Source: Narcine bancroftii
Taxonomy: Eukaryota
Assembly: GCF_036971445.1 (NCBI RefSeq)
Contig: NC_091476.1
Coordinates: 64,914,001-64,978,000, forward strand
DNA length: 64,000 nucleotides
Direction: 5' to 3'
Shown here piece by piece: positions 49,201 to 61,200 of the stretch. The notes under the pieces are model-generated. The model worked only from the letters and a program-made list of their open reading frames with translations. It made no database searches and had not been told where the DNA came from. A program made the translations under genes and the position numbers. Position 1 is the stretch's first letter. Each line of letters begins with the position of its first letter.

Positions 49201-52200
49201 ATGTGCCAGGGATTGATGTTGAAGGAGGCAATGGAAAATTCAATTTGCCGAAATTCCGAATGCCCAAATTTGGAAAGGGTGGTTATAAGATGGAAGTTCC
49301 AGGTGTAGACATTGATGAAAAATTATCAGGACCCAAGATAGAGGGAGATGTGGAAATGCCTGATGTAGATGGTGAGGGAAGTGGAAAATTGAAGCACCCA
49401 AAGTTCAAAATGCCAGAATTCAATATCTCAGCACCCAATGTGAAAATGCCTGAATTTAACTTGGGACTCAAAGGTCCAAAGATTGGAGGAGATGCTGATG
49501 TCCCTGACGTCAATCTAGAAGGGAAAATTAAGGCCCCAGATGTTGATATTAAAGGCCCCAAAGTTGACATTGAGGCTCCAGATGTGAAAGGAACGGGTCC
49601 AAATATTTCTTTCCCTTCCATTCACTTGCCAAAGATAGATGTTCCAGACATTGATTTGAATTTCAGAGGTCCAAAAGCGAAAGGAGATTATGATATTGAG
49701 ATGCCTTCAGGAAAGATGGAGGGAAAGATTAAAGCACCTAAAGCAGATGTTGATGTGGATGTGCCAGGGATTGACAGTAAAGAAGGTCGTGCTAAATTCA
49801 GTTTGCCGAAATTTCAAATGCCCAAATTCAACATGGGTGGGTCTAAAGTGGAAGTTCCAGATATGAACATTGATGCAAATCTTCCTGATGCATATGTTAA
49901 ACTATCAGATCCCACGGTAGAAGGAGATGTGGAAATGCCTGATGTTGATGTTGAGGGAAGTGGAAAAATGAAGCATCCAAAGTTTAAATTGCCAGAATTC
50001 AATATCTCGGCACCCAACGTAAAAATGCCTGAATTTAACTTGGGCCTCAAAGGTCCAAAAGCTGGAGGTGATGTTGATGTCCCAGATGTTAATCTAGAAG
50101 GGAATATCAAGGCCCCTGATTTTGATATGAAAGGACCCAAAGTTGACATTGAGGCCCCTGATGTAAAGGGAAAAGGGCCAAAGATTCCAATGCCTTCTCT
50201 GAACTTGCCCAAGATTAAGGGTCCTGACATTGATATGAGTTTCAAAGGCCCAAAGATGAAAGGAGACCATGACATTGAGATGCCTTCAGGGAAGATAGAG
50301 GGAGAGATGAAAGCCCCTAAGGTAGATGTGGATGTGCCAGGGGCTGCTGTTGAAGGAAGCAGTGGAAAGTTCAACTTCCCAAAATTTAAAATGCCTAAAT
50401 TTCGAATGGGTGGGTCTAAAGTGGAAGGACCAAAAGTTAACATTGATGCGAATGTTCCTGACGCCAATCTTAAACTATCAGGACCCACGGTAGATGGAGA
50501 TGTGGAAATGCCTGATGTCGATGTTGAGGGAAGTGGAAAATTGAAGCACCCAAAGTTCAAAATGCCAGAATTCAATATCTCAGCACCCAACGTGAAAGTG
50601 CCTGAATTTAATTTGGGCCTCAAAGGTCCAAAGGTTGGAGGAGATGTTGATGTCCCTGATGTCAATCTAGAAGGGAACATTAACGCCCCAGAAATTGATG
50701 TTAAAGGTCCAAAAGTTGACATTGAGGCACCAGATGTGAAAGGAATGGGTCCAAATATTTATTTCCCTTCCATTCATTTGCCCAAGATGGATGTTCCAGG
50801 CATTGACCTAAGTTTCGGTGGGCCAAAAGTGAAAGGAGATTATGATATTGAGATGCCTTCTGGAAACATGGAGGGAGAGATCAAAGCACCCAAAGCAGAC
50901 GTTGATGTGGATATGCCAGGCATTGACAGTAAAGGAGGTCGTGGAAAATTTAGTTTGCCAAAATTTCATATGCCCAAATTCCACATGGGTGGGGCTAATG
51001 TTGAAGCTCCAGATGTGAACATTGATGCAAATCTTCCTGATACAAAAGTGGAAATGCCTGACGTAGATGTTGAGGGAAGTGGAAAATTGAAGCACCCAAA
51101 GTTCAAAATGCCAGAATTCAATATCTCAGCACCCAACGTGAAAATGCCTGAATCTAACTTGGACCTCAAAGGTCAAAAGGTTGGAGGAGATGTTGATATC
51201 CCTGATGTCAACCGAGAAGGGAACATAAAGGCCCCAGATGTTGATATTAAAGGGCCCAAAGTTGAAATTGATGCTCCAGATGTGAAAGGAACGGGTCCAA
51301 ATATTTCTTTACCTTCCATTCACTTGCCCAAGGTGGATGTTCCAGGCATTGATTTGAATTTCAGAGGCCCAAAAGTGAAAGGAGACCATGATATTGAGAT
51401 GCCTTCAGGAAAGATGGAGGGAGAGATCATAGTACCAAAAGCAGATGTTGATGTGGATGTGCCAGGGATTGATGTTGAAGGTGGAAGTGGAAAATTCAGT
51501 TTGCCAAAATTTCGAATGCCCAAATTTGGCAAGGCTGGGTCTAAGGTGGAACTCCCAGGTGTAGACATTGATGCAAAACTATCGGGACCCACGGTAGAAG
51601 GAAATGTGGAAATACCTGATGTAGATGTTGAGGGAAGTGGAAAATTGAAGCATCCAAAGTTCAAATTGCCAGAATTCAATATCTCGGCACCCAACGTAAA
51701 AATGCCTGAATTTAACTTGGGCCTCAAAGGTCCAAAAGCTGGAGGCGATGCTGATGTACCTGATGTTAATCTAGAAGGGAATATCAGGGCCCCTGATTTT
51801 GATATAAAAGGACCCAAAGTTGACATTGAGGCACCTGACGTAAAGGGAAAAGGGCCAAAGATTTCAATGCCTTCTCTGAACTTGCCCAAGATTAAGGGTC
51901 CAGACATTGATGTGCGTTTCGGAGGCCCAAAGGTGAAAGGTGACTATGATATTGAGATGCCTTCAGGGAAGATAGAGGGAGAGATGAAAGCCCCTAAGGT
52001 AGATGTGGATGTGCCAGGGGCTGCTGTTGAAGGAAGCAGTGGAAAGTTCAACTTCCCAAAATTTAAAATGCCTAAATTTCGAATGGGTGGGTCTAAAGTG
52101 GAAGGACCAAAAGTTAACATTGATGCGAATGTTCCTGACGCAAATCTTAAACTATCAGGACCCATGGTAGAAGGAGATGTGGAAATGCCTGATGTCGATG

Positions 52201-55200
52201 TTGAGGGAAGTGGAAAATTGAAGCACCCAAAGTTCAAAATGCCAGAATTCAATATATCAGCACCCAACGTGAAAATGCCCGAATTTAACTTGGGCCTCAA
52301 AGGTCCAAAGATTGGAGGAGATGTTGATATCCCTGATGTCAATCTAGAAGGGAGCATCAAGGCAACAGAAATTGATATTAAAGGGCCCAAAGTTGACATT
52401 GAGACACCAGATATGAAAGGAACAGATCCAAATATTTCTTTCCCTTCCATTCACTTGCCCAAGATAGATGTTCCAGGCATTGATTTGAATTTCAGAGGCC
52501 CAAAAGTGAAAGGAGACCATGATATAGAGATGCCTTCAGGCAGGATAGAGGGAGACATCAAAGCACCCAAAGCAGATGTTGACATGGAAATGCCAGGGAT
52601 TGAAGTTGAAGGAGGAAATGGAAAATTCAGTTTGCCAAAATTTCGAATACCCAAATTTGGCAAGGCTGAGTCAAAGGTCAAAGTCCCAGGGGTAGACATG
52701 GATGCGAATGTTCCTGATGCAAATCTTAAACTATCAGGACCCACAGTAGAAGGAGATCTGGAAATGCCTGATGTAGATGTTGAGGGAAGTGGAAAATTAA
52801 AGCGTCCAATGATCAAAAAGCCAGAATTCAATATCTCAGCACCCAACGTGAAAATGCCTGAATTTAACTTGGGCTTCAAAGGTCCAAAGGTTGGAGGAGA
52901 TGTTGATATCCCTGATGTCAATCTAGAAGGGAACATCAAGGCCCCAGAAATTGATATTAAAGGGTCCAAATTTGACATTGAGGCACCAGATGTGAAAGGA
53001 ACAGGTCCAAATATTTCTTTCCCTTCCATTCACTTGCCCAAGATGGATGTTCCAGGCATTGATTTGGATTTCAAGGGCCCAAAAGTGAAAGGAGAACATG
53101 ATATTGAGATGCCTTCAGGAAAGATAGAGGGAGAGATCAAAGCACCCAAAGCAGATGTCGACGTGGATGTGCCAGGAATGGACATTGTAGGCGGCAATGG
53201 AAAATTCAGCTTGCCGAAATTTCGAATGCCCAAATTTGGCAAAGATGAATCTAAGGTGGAAGTTCCAGGTGTAGACATTGATGCAAATCTCACTGATTCA
53301 GATGTTAAACTATCGGGACCCACGGTAGAAGGAGATTTGGAAATACCTGATATAGATGTTAAGGGAAATGGAAAATTGAAGTACCCAAAGTTCAAAATGC
53401 CAGAATTCAATATGTCAGCACCCAACGTGAAAATGCCTGAATTTAACTTGGGCCTTAAAGGTCCAAAGGTTGGAGGGGATGTTGATGTCCCTGATGTCAA
53501 TCTGGAAGGGAACATTAAGACACCAGATATTGATATTAAAGGACCCAAAGTTGACATTGAGGCACCAGATGTGAAAGGAACGGGTCCAAATATTTCTTTA
53601 CCTTCCATTCACTTGCCCAAGATGGATGTTCCAGGCATTGATTTGAGTTTCAAGGGCCCAAAAGTGAAAGGAGAACATAATATTGAGATGCCTTCAGGAA
53701 AGATAGAGGGAGATATTGAAGCACCCAAAGCAGATGTTGATGTAGATGTGCCAGGGATTGACATTGAAGGAGGCAATGGAAAATTCAGCTTGCCAAAATT
53801 TCGAATGCCCAAATTTGGAATGGGTGTTTCTAAGGTTGAAGTTCCAGGTGTGGACATAGATACGAATCTTACTGATGCAAATCTTAAACTATCGGGACCC
53901 AAGATAGAGGGAGATGTGGAAATGCCTGATGTAGATGTTGAGGGAAGTGGAAAAATGAAGCATCCAACGTTTAAAATGCCAGGATTCAATATCTCAGCAC
54001 CCAATGTGAAAATGCCTGAATTTAACTTGGGACTCAAAGGTCCAAAGGTTGGAGGAGATGTTGATGTCCCTGATGTCAATCTGGAAGGGAACATTAAAAC
54101 ACCAGATGTTGATATTAAAGGACCCAAAGTTGACATTAAGGCACCAGATGTGAAAGGAACAGGTCCAAATATATCATTCCCTTCCATTCACTTGCCCAAG
54201 ATGGATGTTCCAGACCTTGATTGGAATTTCAGAGGCCCAAAAGTGAAAGGAGACCATGATATTGAGATGCCTTCAGGAAAGATGGAGGGAGAGATCAAAA
54301 TACCAAAAGCAGATGTTGATGTGGATGTGCCAGGGATTGACAATAAAGGTGGTCGTGGAAAATTCAGTTTGCCAAAATTTCAAATGCCCAAATTCCACAT
54401 GGGTGGGTCTAAAGTGGAAGTTCCAGGTGCGAACATTGATGCAAATTTTCCTGATGCAAATGTGGAAATGCCTGATGTCGATGTTGAGGGAAGTGGAAAA
54501 TTGAAGCACCCAAAGTTTAAAATGCCAGAATTCAATATCTCGGCACCCAATGTGAAAGTGCCTGAATTTAACTTGGGCCTCAAAGGTTCAAAGGTCGGAG
54601 GAGATGTTGATGTCCCTGATGTCAATCTAGAAGGGGACATTAAGGCCCCAGATGTTGATATTAAAGGACCCAAATTTGATATTGAGGAACCAGGTGTGAA
54701 AGGAACTGGTCCAAATATTTCTTTCCCTTCCATTCACTTGCCCAAGATGGATGTTCCAGACCTTGATTTGAATTTCAGAGGCCCAAAAGTGAAAGGAGAC
54801 CATGATATTGAGATGCCTTCAGGAAAGATAGAGGGAGAGATCAAAATACCAAAAGCAGATGTTGATGTGGATGTGCCAGGGATTGACAGTAAAGGTGGTC
54901 GTGGAAAATTCAGTTTGCCAAAATTTCAAATGCCCAAATTCCACATGGGTGGGTCTAAAGTGGAAGTTCCAGGTGCGAACATTGATGCAAATTTTCCTGA
55001 TGCAAATGTGGAAATGCCTGATGTCGATGTTGAGGGAAGTGGAAAATTGAAGCACCCAAAGTTTAAAATGCCAGAATTCAATATCTCGGCACCCAATGTG
55101 AAAGTGCCTGAATTTAACTTGGGCCTCAAAGGTTCAAAGGTCGGAGGAGATGTTGATGTCCCTGATGTCAATCTAGAAGGGGACATTAAGGCCCCAGATG

Positions 55201-58200
55201 TTGATATTAAAGGACCCAAATTTGATACTGAGGAACCAGGTGTGAAAGGAACTGGTCCAAATATTTCTTTCCCTTCCATTCACTTGCCCAAGATGGATGA
55301 ACCAGACCTTGATTTGAATTTCAGAGGCCCAAAAGTGAAAGGAGACCATGATATTGAGATGCCTTCAGGGAAGATAGAGGGAGAGATCAAAATACCAAAA
55401 GCAGATGTTGATGTGGATGTGCCAGGGATTGACAGTAAAGGTGGTCGTGGAAAATTCAGTTTGCCAAAATTTCAAATGCCCAAATTCCACATGGGTGGGT
55501 CTAAAGTGGAAGTTCCAGGTGCGAACATTGATGCAAATCTTCCTGATGCAAATGTGGAAATGCCTGATGTCGATGTTGAGGGAAGTGGAAAATTGAAGCA
55601 CCCAAAGTTTAAAATGCCAGAATTCAATATCTCGGCACCCAACGTGAAAGTGCCTGAATTTAACTTGGGCCTCAAAGGTTCAAAGGTCGGAGGAGATGTT
55701 GATGTCCCTGATGTCAATCTAAAAGGGAACATTAAGGCCCCAGATGTTGATATTAAAGGACCCAAATTTGATATTGAGGAACCAGGTGTGAAAGGAACGG
55801 GTCCAAATATTTCTTTCCCTTCCATTCACTTGCCCAAGATGGATGTTCCAGGCATTGATTTGAGTTTCAGAGGCCCAAAAGTGAAAGGAGACCATGATGT
55901 TGAGATGCCTTCAGGGAAGATAGAGGGAGAGATCAAAGCACCCAAAGCAGATATTGATATGGATGTGCCAGGGATTGACAGTAAAGGAGGTCGTGGAAAA
56001 TTCAGTTTGCCAAAATTTCATATGCCTAAATTTCACATGGGTGGGTCTAAAGGTGAAGCTCCAGATGTGAACATTGATTCAAAACTATCTGATGCTAATC
56101 CTAAACTATTGGGTCCCACGGTAGAAGGAAATGTGGAAATGCCTGATGTAGATTTTGAGGGAAGTGGAAAGTTGAAGCACCCAAAGTTCAAAATGCCAGA
56201 ATTCAATATCTCAGCACCCAACGTGAAAATGCCTGAATTTAACTTGGGCCTCAAAGGTCCAAAGATCGGAGGAGATGTTGATGTCCCTGATGTCAATCTA
56301 GAAGGGAACATTAATGCCCCAGATGATGATATTAAAGGACCCAAAGTTGACATTGAGGCACCAGATGTGAAAGGAATGGGTTCAAATATTTCTTTCCCTT
56401 CCATTCACTTGCCCAAGATGGATGTTCCACGCATTGACCTGAGTTTCGGAGGCCCAAAGGTGAAAGAAGACCATGATATTGAGATGCCTTCTGGAAAGAT
56501 CGAGGGAGAGATCAAAGTACCCAAAGCAGATGTTGATGTGGATTTGCCAGGGATTGACGTTGAAGGAGGAAATGGAAAATTCAGTTTGCCAAAATTTCGA
56601 TTGCCCAAATTTGGCATGAGTGGGTCTAAGGTGGAAGTCCCAGGTGTAGACATTGATGCAAAATTATCTGGACCCATGGTTGAAGGAGATGTGGAAATGC
56701 CTGATGTGGATGTTGAGGGAAGTGGAAAATTGAAGTACCCAAAGTTCAAAATGCCAGAATTCAATATCTCGGCACCCAATGTGAAAATGCCAGAATTTAA
56801 CTTGGGCCTCAAAGGTCCGAAAGTCGAAGGAAATGTTGATGACCCTGATGTTATTCTAGAAGGGAACATTAAGGCTGCAGATGTTGATATAAAAGGACCC
56901 AAATATCACATTGAGACACCTGATGTAAAGGGAAAAGGGCCAAAGATTTCAATGCCTTCTTTGAACTTGCCCAAGATTATGGGTCCAGACATTGATGTGA
57001 GTTTCAGAGGCCCAAATGTGAAAGGAGACCATGATATTGAATTGCCTTCAGGAAGGATAGAGGGAGAAATCAAAGCCCCTAATGTTGACGTGGATGTGCC
57101 AGGTGCTGCTGTTGAAGGAAGCAGTGGAAAGTTCAACTTCCCAAAATTTAAAATGCCTAAATTTCGAATGGGTGGGTCTAAAGTGGAGGGTCCAACTGTT
57201 GACATTGGTGCTCATTCTCCTGATGTAGATGTTCAAGTTTCTTCACCCAAGATCGAAGGAGATGTTAAAATGCCTGATGTAGATGTTGAAGGAAGAGGTA
57301 AAATTAAGGGCCCAAAAATCAGAATGCCAGGGGTCAGTATCTCGTCACCCAAAATCGAAACATCTGATATCAATCTGGAGTTGAAAAGCCCAAAGATTGA
57401 AGGAAAATTTGCAGGCCCCTCTCTGGGTGTTGATACCAATCTTCCTGAGGTAGGAGTCGATCTCTCTTGTCCCAAGGTAGGTGGTGTTGAAATTCCAGAT
57501 GTCGATCTAGATGTTAATGGAGCTTCTAAAACTAAAGGTTCAAAACTCAAAATACCAGGACTTGATATTTCAGCACCCAATATTGGATTGCCTGATTTTA
57601 ATTTGGAGTTCAAAGGTCCAAAGGTGGGAACTGGTGCTGATGTTTCTAATCTTAATTTGGATGGTAACATCAAAGGCCCTAATTTGAATATTAAACAGCC
57701 AAAAGTTGACATTAAATTGCCAGATGTAAAAGAAAATGGGCACAAATTTTCCCTCCCTTCTCTACAACTACCTGACATAAAGGCACCAGACTTTGACTTG
57801 GGTTTCAAGGGATCAAAAATGAAAGATCAGGACATTGACATTTCTTCCCCAAGCATTGATGGAGAAATTAAAGGGCCAAAAATGGATGTAGGTTCACCAA
57901 ATGTTGATTTGGAGGTTGCAAAAGGACAATTTCATATACCAAAGATTAAAATGCCAAAATTACGAATTGGTGGCATGAATGCAGATGGGCCAGATCTGAA
58001 CATTGATGCTAATCTTCCCCAAGCAGATGTTAACATTTCTGGATCACGATTAAAAGGTGAAGTTGATGTCCCTGAGATGAATCTGGAGGCAGACAGTAAA
58101 ATCAAAGGCTCTGGATTTCAAATGCCAGGATTTAATTTCTCTTTGCCCAGAGTTAAGGCTCCTGGTATAGATTTTGGCTTGAAAGGCCCAGAGTTAACAG

Positions 58201-61200
58201 GTGGTGCTGAAGCCCCCGACATTAAGGTGGAGACTGACATCAAAGGTCCAGAGTTTGAAATGAAAGGTCCCAAAGTAGATATTACAGGGAGTGACATTAA
58301 CTTCGAGGGACCTGATTTGAAAGGAAATGAGCACAAGTTTTCAGCACCTTCATTGGACATTTCATCTCCCAATGTATCAACAGGTGTGAATCTTGACTTG
58401 AAAGGTCAAAATTTGAAGGGAACTGCCGATATTAAATCTCCAGGTGTTGGTCTTGATGTTAGTGTACCACAGATAGATACTGGTGGTCAAGGAGCACACC
58501 TAAAAATGCCAAAAGTGAAGAAACCAAAATTTGGATTTGGAGTTAAAGGACAAGGAGACGTAAGTACTCCTTCTCTGGATGTATCAGGTCCTGATGTAGA
58601 AGTTAATGTTGATTCTCCAGACGCAAGTGTTAAAACCAAAGGAAAAAAGGGCAAATTTAAAATGCCTAAACTCAACATCAAGTCAAAGAAAGCCGGAGGA
58701 GACATGAAGGTGACTGTTCCAAAGAGTGACCTTGATTTATCTCGGCCAGATATAGATGTTAAGACTCCAGATCTAAATGCAAGCCTTGGATCATCTGATG
58801 GACAATTAAATATTAAATCATCAAAAGTAAAGAAACCGCGATTTGGAAAAATGAAGTTATCATTTCCAGATGTTGAGTTTGATTTGACATCACCAAAAAT
58901 GAAAGGTGAGTTACCTTCTCCAAAGGCTGAAGGTGATTTACAAGTACCTGATTTTGATTTTTCAACTGAAGGTGTCAAAGGTCCCCATGTTGACCTGAGA
59001 GGACCTGGAATAGATGTCAATACAGACACAAACATACATGAACCTGGCTTTAAAGTAAAAAGTCCCAAGTTAAAATTACCTTCAGTAGACATCAAATCTC
59101 CCAAAATGTCTGAAACAGATGTGGATATCACGGACCTGAAGGATCTGAAAGGAGAAGCCTCAGGAAATGTAAAAGGCCCAACAATTGGCCTGAAGAGACC
59201 AGAAATTGATTTTGATGTTGATGCTCCAAATGTTGACATTGAAAAACCAGTAGGTAAATTAAAAATGAAAATGAAGACAAATGTTGATATTTCAGGCCCA
59301 GATATAAAGCTAGGTACATCAGGTGGTGCAGAAGAAAAGCGAAAAATGCCTAAATTGAAACTTCCAAATTTCAGGATGGAGAATAAAGCAGGAGATACAG
59401 ATACAGGTGTTAATGTTAACCTTCCAAAAGCAGAGTTTTCCGGTCCAAAGCTTGAAGGTCACATTGATATGCCATCAACAGATATCAATATTACTGCTCC
59501 TGGTGTAAATATTAATGCTCATGATGCTGAATTAAACACGTCAAGTTTTGAACTGCCTAAACCAGATATGAAAGGGCCAAAACTGGATCTTAAGACTCCA
59601 GATGTTCACTTTGAAGGTCCAGAAGGAAAGTTGAAAATGTCTGAATTAAAAATTTCGAATAGTAAACTCCAAGGGTCTGGTTTGAATCTTGGCATAAATG
59701 CATCAAAAACAGGTTCAGATGTGACTGTTGAAGCACCTGATGTGGATATAAGTGTTGATGGTAAATTCAAAGGCCCACCGATTGGTATCTCGGCACCTAA
59801 TGTGGGTGTAGATTTAAAGAATCCATCACTCAAAGGCGATATCAATCTTCCCAGTCCAAATCTGAAAGAAGATCTCCAAGGACTGCATGTGGACATGAAA
59901 GGTCCTGCTATAGATGTTGATGCTGGAGATTTTAACATCAAAGGTGCAGATGGAAAAGTAACGATACCTCAGATCAACATTCCAAAAGCTGATGTTAAAT
60001 TTGTCGGACCGAAGATCGAAAGTGATAACTTTTCAGGATGTGTAGTTTCTGCACCTGCCTTAGACATGAATGTGAAGGGGCTGAATCTACGTACTGATTT
60101 ATCTGAACCAAACATGAAGATTGACATAAAATGCCCTAAAGTAGACACTGAAGGGCCAGGTGTGAAACTGAATGGAGCGGGTATCAACATTGATGGCTTG
60201 AAAGAAAAAATTTGTGGTGTTAACTTAACTGCACCAAAGACCAACATTAACTATTCTGATACAAAATTGGAAGGGGATGTGAACACAAATGTACCAGATT
60301 TCAGTCCAAGTTGCCCAACTGTTGAAATACCACCTTCTGAAGTGAAAATCCCCTCAGCTGATGTGAAGCTTGATGTTAACATCCCAACAGTAAAAGTGTC
60401 TGGTTCCAAAGGTGGTCTGAAAGATCCAGAGGTTGACGTCAAGCCACCTGAAATAAGTGCAGATGTCGCAGCACCAAGAATCAATCTAGATGTTCCATTG
60501 GACAAAGTGAAAATACCTAAATTTAAGCATTCTCACTTTAAAATAAAAAGCCCAAATGTAGAAGTGCCAGAAATTGAGGCAGAGGTCAGAGTTCCGGAAA
60601 TACATGGTTCAGCTGCACAAGGTCCAAGTGTCCACATTAAAGGGCCACAAGCCAGTGTAAACCTGCCAGAAGGTGAGGTGGAAAGCTCTGCAGTCAGAAT
60701 AAAAAAGAGTAGAATTAAAATCCCCAAATTTAATTTCTCCAAATCTAAAGGGAAAAGTAACGTTGAAGGATCTGAGGGGGATTTCAGTGCATCTGGACCA
60801 AAGGGCTCCAAAGGATGCCTGGGTTTTGGTGATGATGAGATGGAGACATCAGAACTGTCAGTAGTTGGAAAGGATTCTAGTTTGGATGTTAGCACTTCTC
60901 CAAAAGGGAAGTCAGGAACACTCGATTTCTCTTTATTTAAAGGGAAAAAGTCAGAACGTCACAGATCGTCATCTCTGAGTGATGAGCATGAACTTTCTCC
61001 TTCTTCACCCAAGGGCAGATTAGAATTTGGAGAAGGGGCAGAGGGTGCAAAAGGCAAAAAGTCTAAGTTGAAATTTGGAACATTTGGAGGCTTTGGGGCC
61101 AAATCAAAAGGCTCCTATGAAGTAACTCTCACTGAAGGGGAAGCAGCAGCAGCAGAGGGCAGTGGAATCTCTCTTGTTTCCAAAAAAACCCGTATATCCT

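Noticed and set aside
45050-57400. CRISPR-like or satellite array
   Set aside because: No short repeat and unique spacer pattern; these are in-frame coding repeats in a vertebrate gene.
44081-60895. Periodic antisense ORFs (such as the 192-aa MEGNEIFGPVPF...) opposite AHNAK
   Set aside because: Shadows of the repetitive sense frame; they stop once per repeat unit and show no independent coding signal.
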